NCBI GenBank assembly: GCA_038231275.1
Contig: JBBRLQ010000025.1
Coordinates: 49,973-113,972, forward strand
Direction of reading: 5' to 3'
Source of the DNA: Polyangiales bacterium
Lineage (GTDB): Bacteria; Myxococcota_A; Polyangia; Polyangiales; Polyangiaceae
Length of the DNA: 64,000 bases
In this document: positions 62,711-64,000 of the stretch, piece by piece
Layout: the number at the start of each line of letters is the position of its first letter
Numbering within the stretch: position 1 is the first letter of the stretch
The notes under the pieces: generated by a model
The model's input: the letters and a program-made list of their open reading frames with translations, nothing else
Told to the model about the DNA's origin: nothing
Database searches by the model: none
Position numbers and translations under genes: made by a program

Positions 62711-63274
62711 TTACTCCGCCTTCACGCCTTCCTTCGGCGCCGCCGCGGTCGCCTTCTTCGAAGACTTCACCGACGTCTTCGCCTTCGCCTTCGGCTTCTT
62801 CTCGCCGTCGTCCGCCGCCGCATCGCCGTCTGCGATGAGCTCGATCAGCACCATCGGCGCGTTGTCGCCGCGACGCGGGCCGTACTTCACGGTGCGCGTG
62901 TACCCACCCGGGCGCGACGCGAACCGCTTCGCCAGATCGAGGAGGACCTTCTCGACGAGGTCGACCTTCTTCTGCTCTCCGCCCTTCTCGGTGCGGACAC
63001 CGAAGCGGGGGATGTACGCGCCGACGAGACGCGCGACGTGGAGGCGTCGCGCCTTGTCCTTCGGCGTGAGCTTGTCCTGCGCCGTGTACGCCACCTCACC
63101 GAGGCGCTTGGCCTTGGTGATGAGGCGCTCGGCGACGCGACGGAGCTCCTTCGCCTTCGCGTCGGTCGTCTCGATCGCCTCATGGAGAAAGAGGTTCGCC
63201 GTGAGGCTACGGAACATGGCGCGGCGCGCGCTGGTGTTGCGGTCGAACTTACGACCCGAATTACGATGACGCAT
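62711..63274 (-). CDS. rplQ: 50S ribosomal protein L17 with insertions and a Lys/Ala-rich tail
   Basis: MRHR..GRK..R...R.AM.R.L, I.TT..KAKELR...E.LIT, RPGGYTR, RRGDNA.M. Confidence 0.97.
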   Translation of the reverse strand: MRHRNSGRKFDRNTSARRAMFRSLTANLFLHEAIETTDAKAKELRRVAERLITKAKRLGEVAYTAQDKLTPKDKARRLHVARLVGAYIPRFGVRTEKGGEQKKVDLVEKVLLDLAKRFASRPGGYTRTVKYGPRRGDNAPMVLIELIADGDAAADDGEKKPKAKAKTSVKSSKKATAAAPKEGVKAE

Positions 63275-63312
63275 GACGGTTTCCTATTTCCAGTAAAAGA
63301 CTGGGGAGTGAA

Positions 63313-64000
63313 TTAGGCCTGCGCCTGCTGCGCCTTCCAGCGCTCGAGCATCTGCGGCCAGTTGTCGATCTTCATGCCGAGGGAGAGGCCCATGTTCGCG
63401 AGGATCTCTTTGATCTCCTTGAGCGACTTGCGGCCGAAGTTCTTCGTCTTGAGCATGTCCTGCTCGGTGCGCTGCACGAGCTCGCCGATCAGGGTGATGT
63501 TCGCGTTCTGGAGGCAGTTCGCGGAGCGCACGCTGAGCTCGAGCTCGTCGACGCTGCGGAACAGGTTCTCGTTGAGCGGCTCGTCTTCGGCGGCGCCGAC
63601 GACGTAGCTCGTCTCCTCGGTCTCCTCGAAGTTGATAAAGATCGTCAGCTGCTCCTTCAGGATCTTCGCCGCGTAGGCGACGGCGTCCTGCGGCTTCACG
63701 CTGCCGTTGGTCCACACCTCGAGCGAGAGCTTGTCGTAATCGGTGACCTGCCCGACGCGCGCGTTGGTGACCGTGTAGTTCACCTTGCGGACGGGCGAGA
63801 AGAGCGAGTCGATCGGGATCGTTCCGATCGGCATCGTCGGCGTCTTGTTCTTGTCGGCGGGGACGTAGCCGCGGCCCACGTTTACCGTGAGCTCCATCGC
63901 GAGGGGGCCCTTCTTGTCGAGCGTCGCGATGAGGTGGTCCGGGTTGAGGACCGAGAGGCCGTCGAGGAGGGTGACGTCCTTCGCGTAGACGGGGCCAGGG
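63313..64000 (-). CDS. rpoA: RNA polymerase alpha subunit (3' part; runs off the window)
   Basis: [39 protein letters not shown]. Confidence 0.98.
   Translation of the reverse strand, partial: PGPVYAKDVTLLDGLSVLNPDHLIATLDKKGPLAMELTVNVGRGYVPADKNKTPTMPIGTIPIDSLFSPVRKVNYTVTNARVGQVTDYDKLSLEVWTNGSVKPQDAVAYAAKILKEQLTIFINFEETEETSYVVGAAEDEPLNENLFRSVDELELSVRSANCLQNANITLIGELVQRTEQDMLKTKNFGRKSLKEIKEILANMGLSLGMKIDNWPQMLERWKAQQAQA

Overview
GC-rich bacterial DNA. Gene content (zinc-finger kinase + TPR/PEGA-like locus, Cys-rich lipoproteins, DUF2169 partner gene) suggests a myxobacterium of the Sorangium/Labilithrix type; this is inference. About 53 kb (279-52963) is a type VI secretion system (T6SS) region. 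The core operon on the minus strand runs tssH-tssJ-tssK-tssL-tssM-tagF-tssA-tssB-tssC-hcp-tssE-tssF-tssG, flanked by a lytic transglycosylase and a divergent FHA gene (tagH). The effector arm holds three tandem evolved VgrG genes, each ending in a different predicted zinc-metalloenzyme domain (M35-like, M91-like, JAB/MPN-like) and each followed by a coupled candidate immunity gene. It also holds a DUF1795 chaperone + prePAAR/TMD/PAAR toxin + small immunity module, a DUF2169 adaptor and a ~1730-aa all-TPR protein. The most unusual elements are: a stand-alone M35 pro-domain-like immunity gene; a gene that looks like a fusion of catalytically dead toxin domains with an immunity-like domain; an extra single-chain TssB-TssC fusion; and an AT-rich perfect 12-bp palindrome at 60020-60049. 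The right end has lpxC, an N-terminally short rho, acyP, a kinase/TPR/beta-propeller operon, rplQ and the 3' part of rpoA. No tRNA, rRNA, CRISPR array or mobile element was recognised. All family calls come from motif recognition by eye, not database searches.
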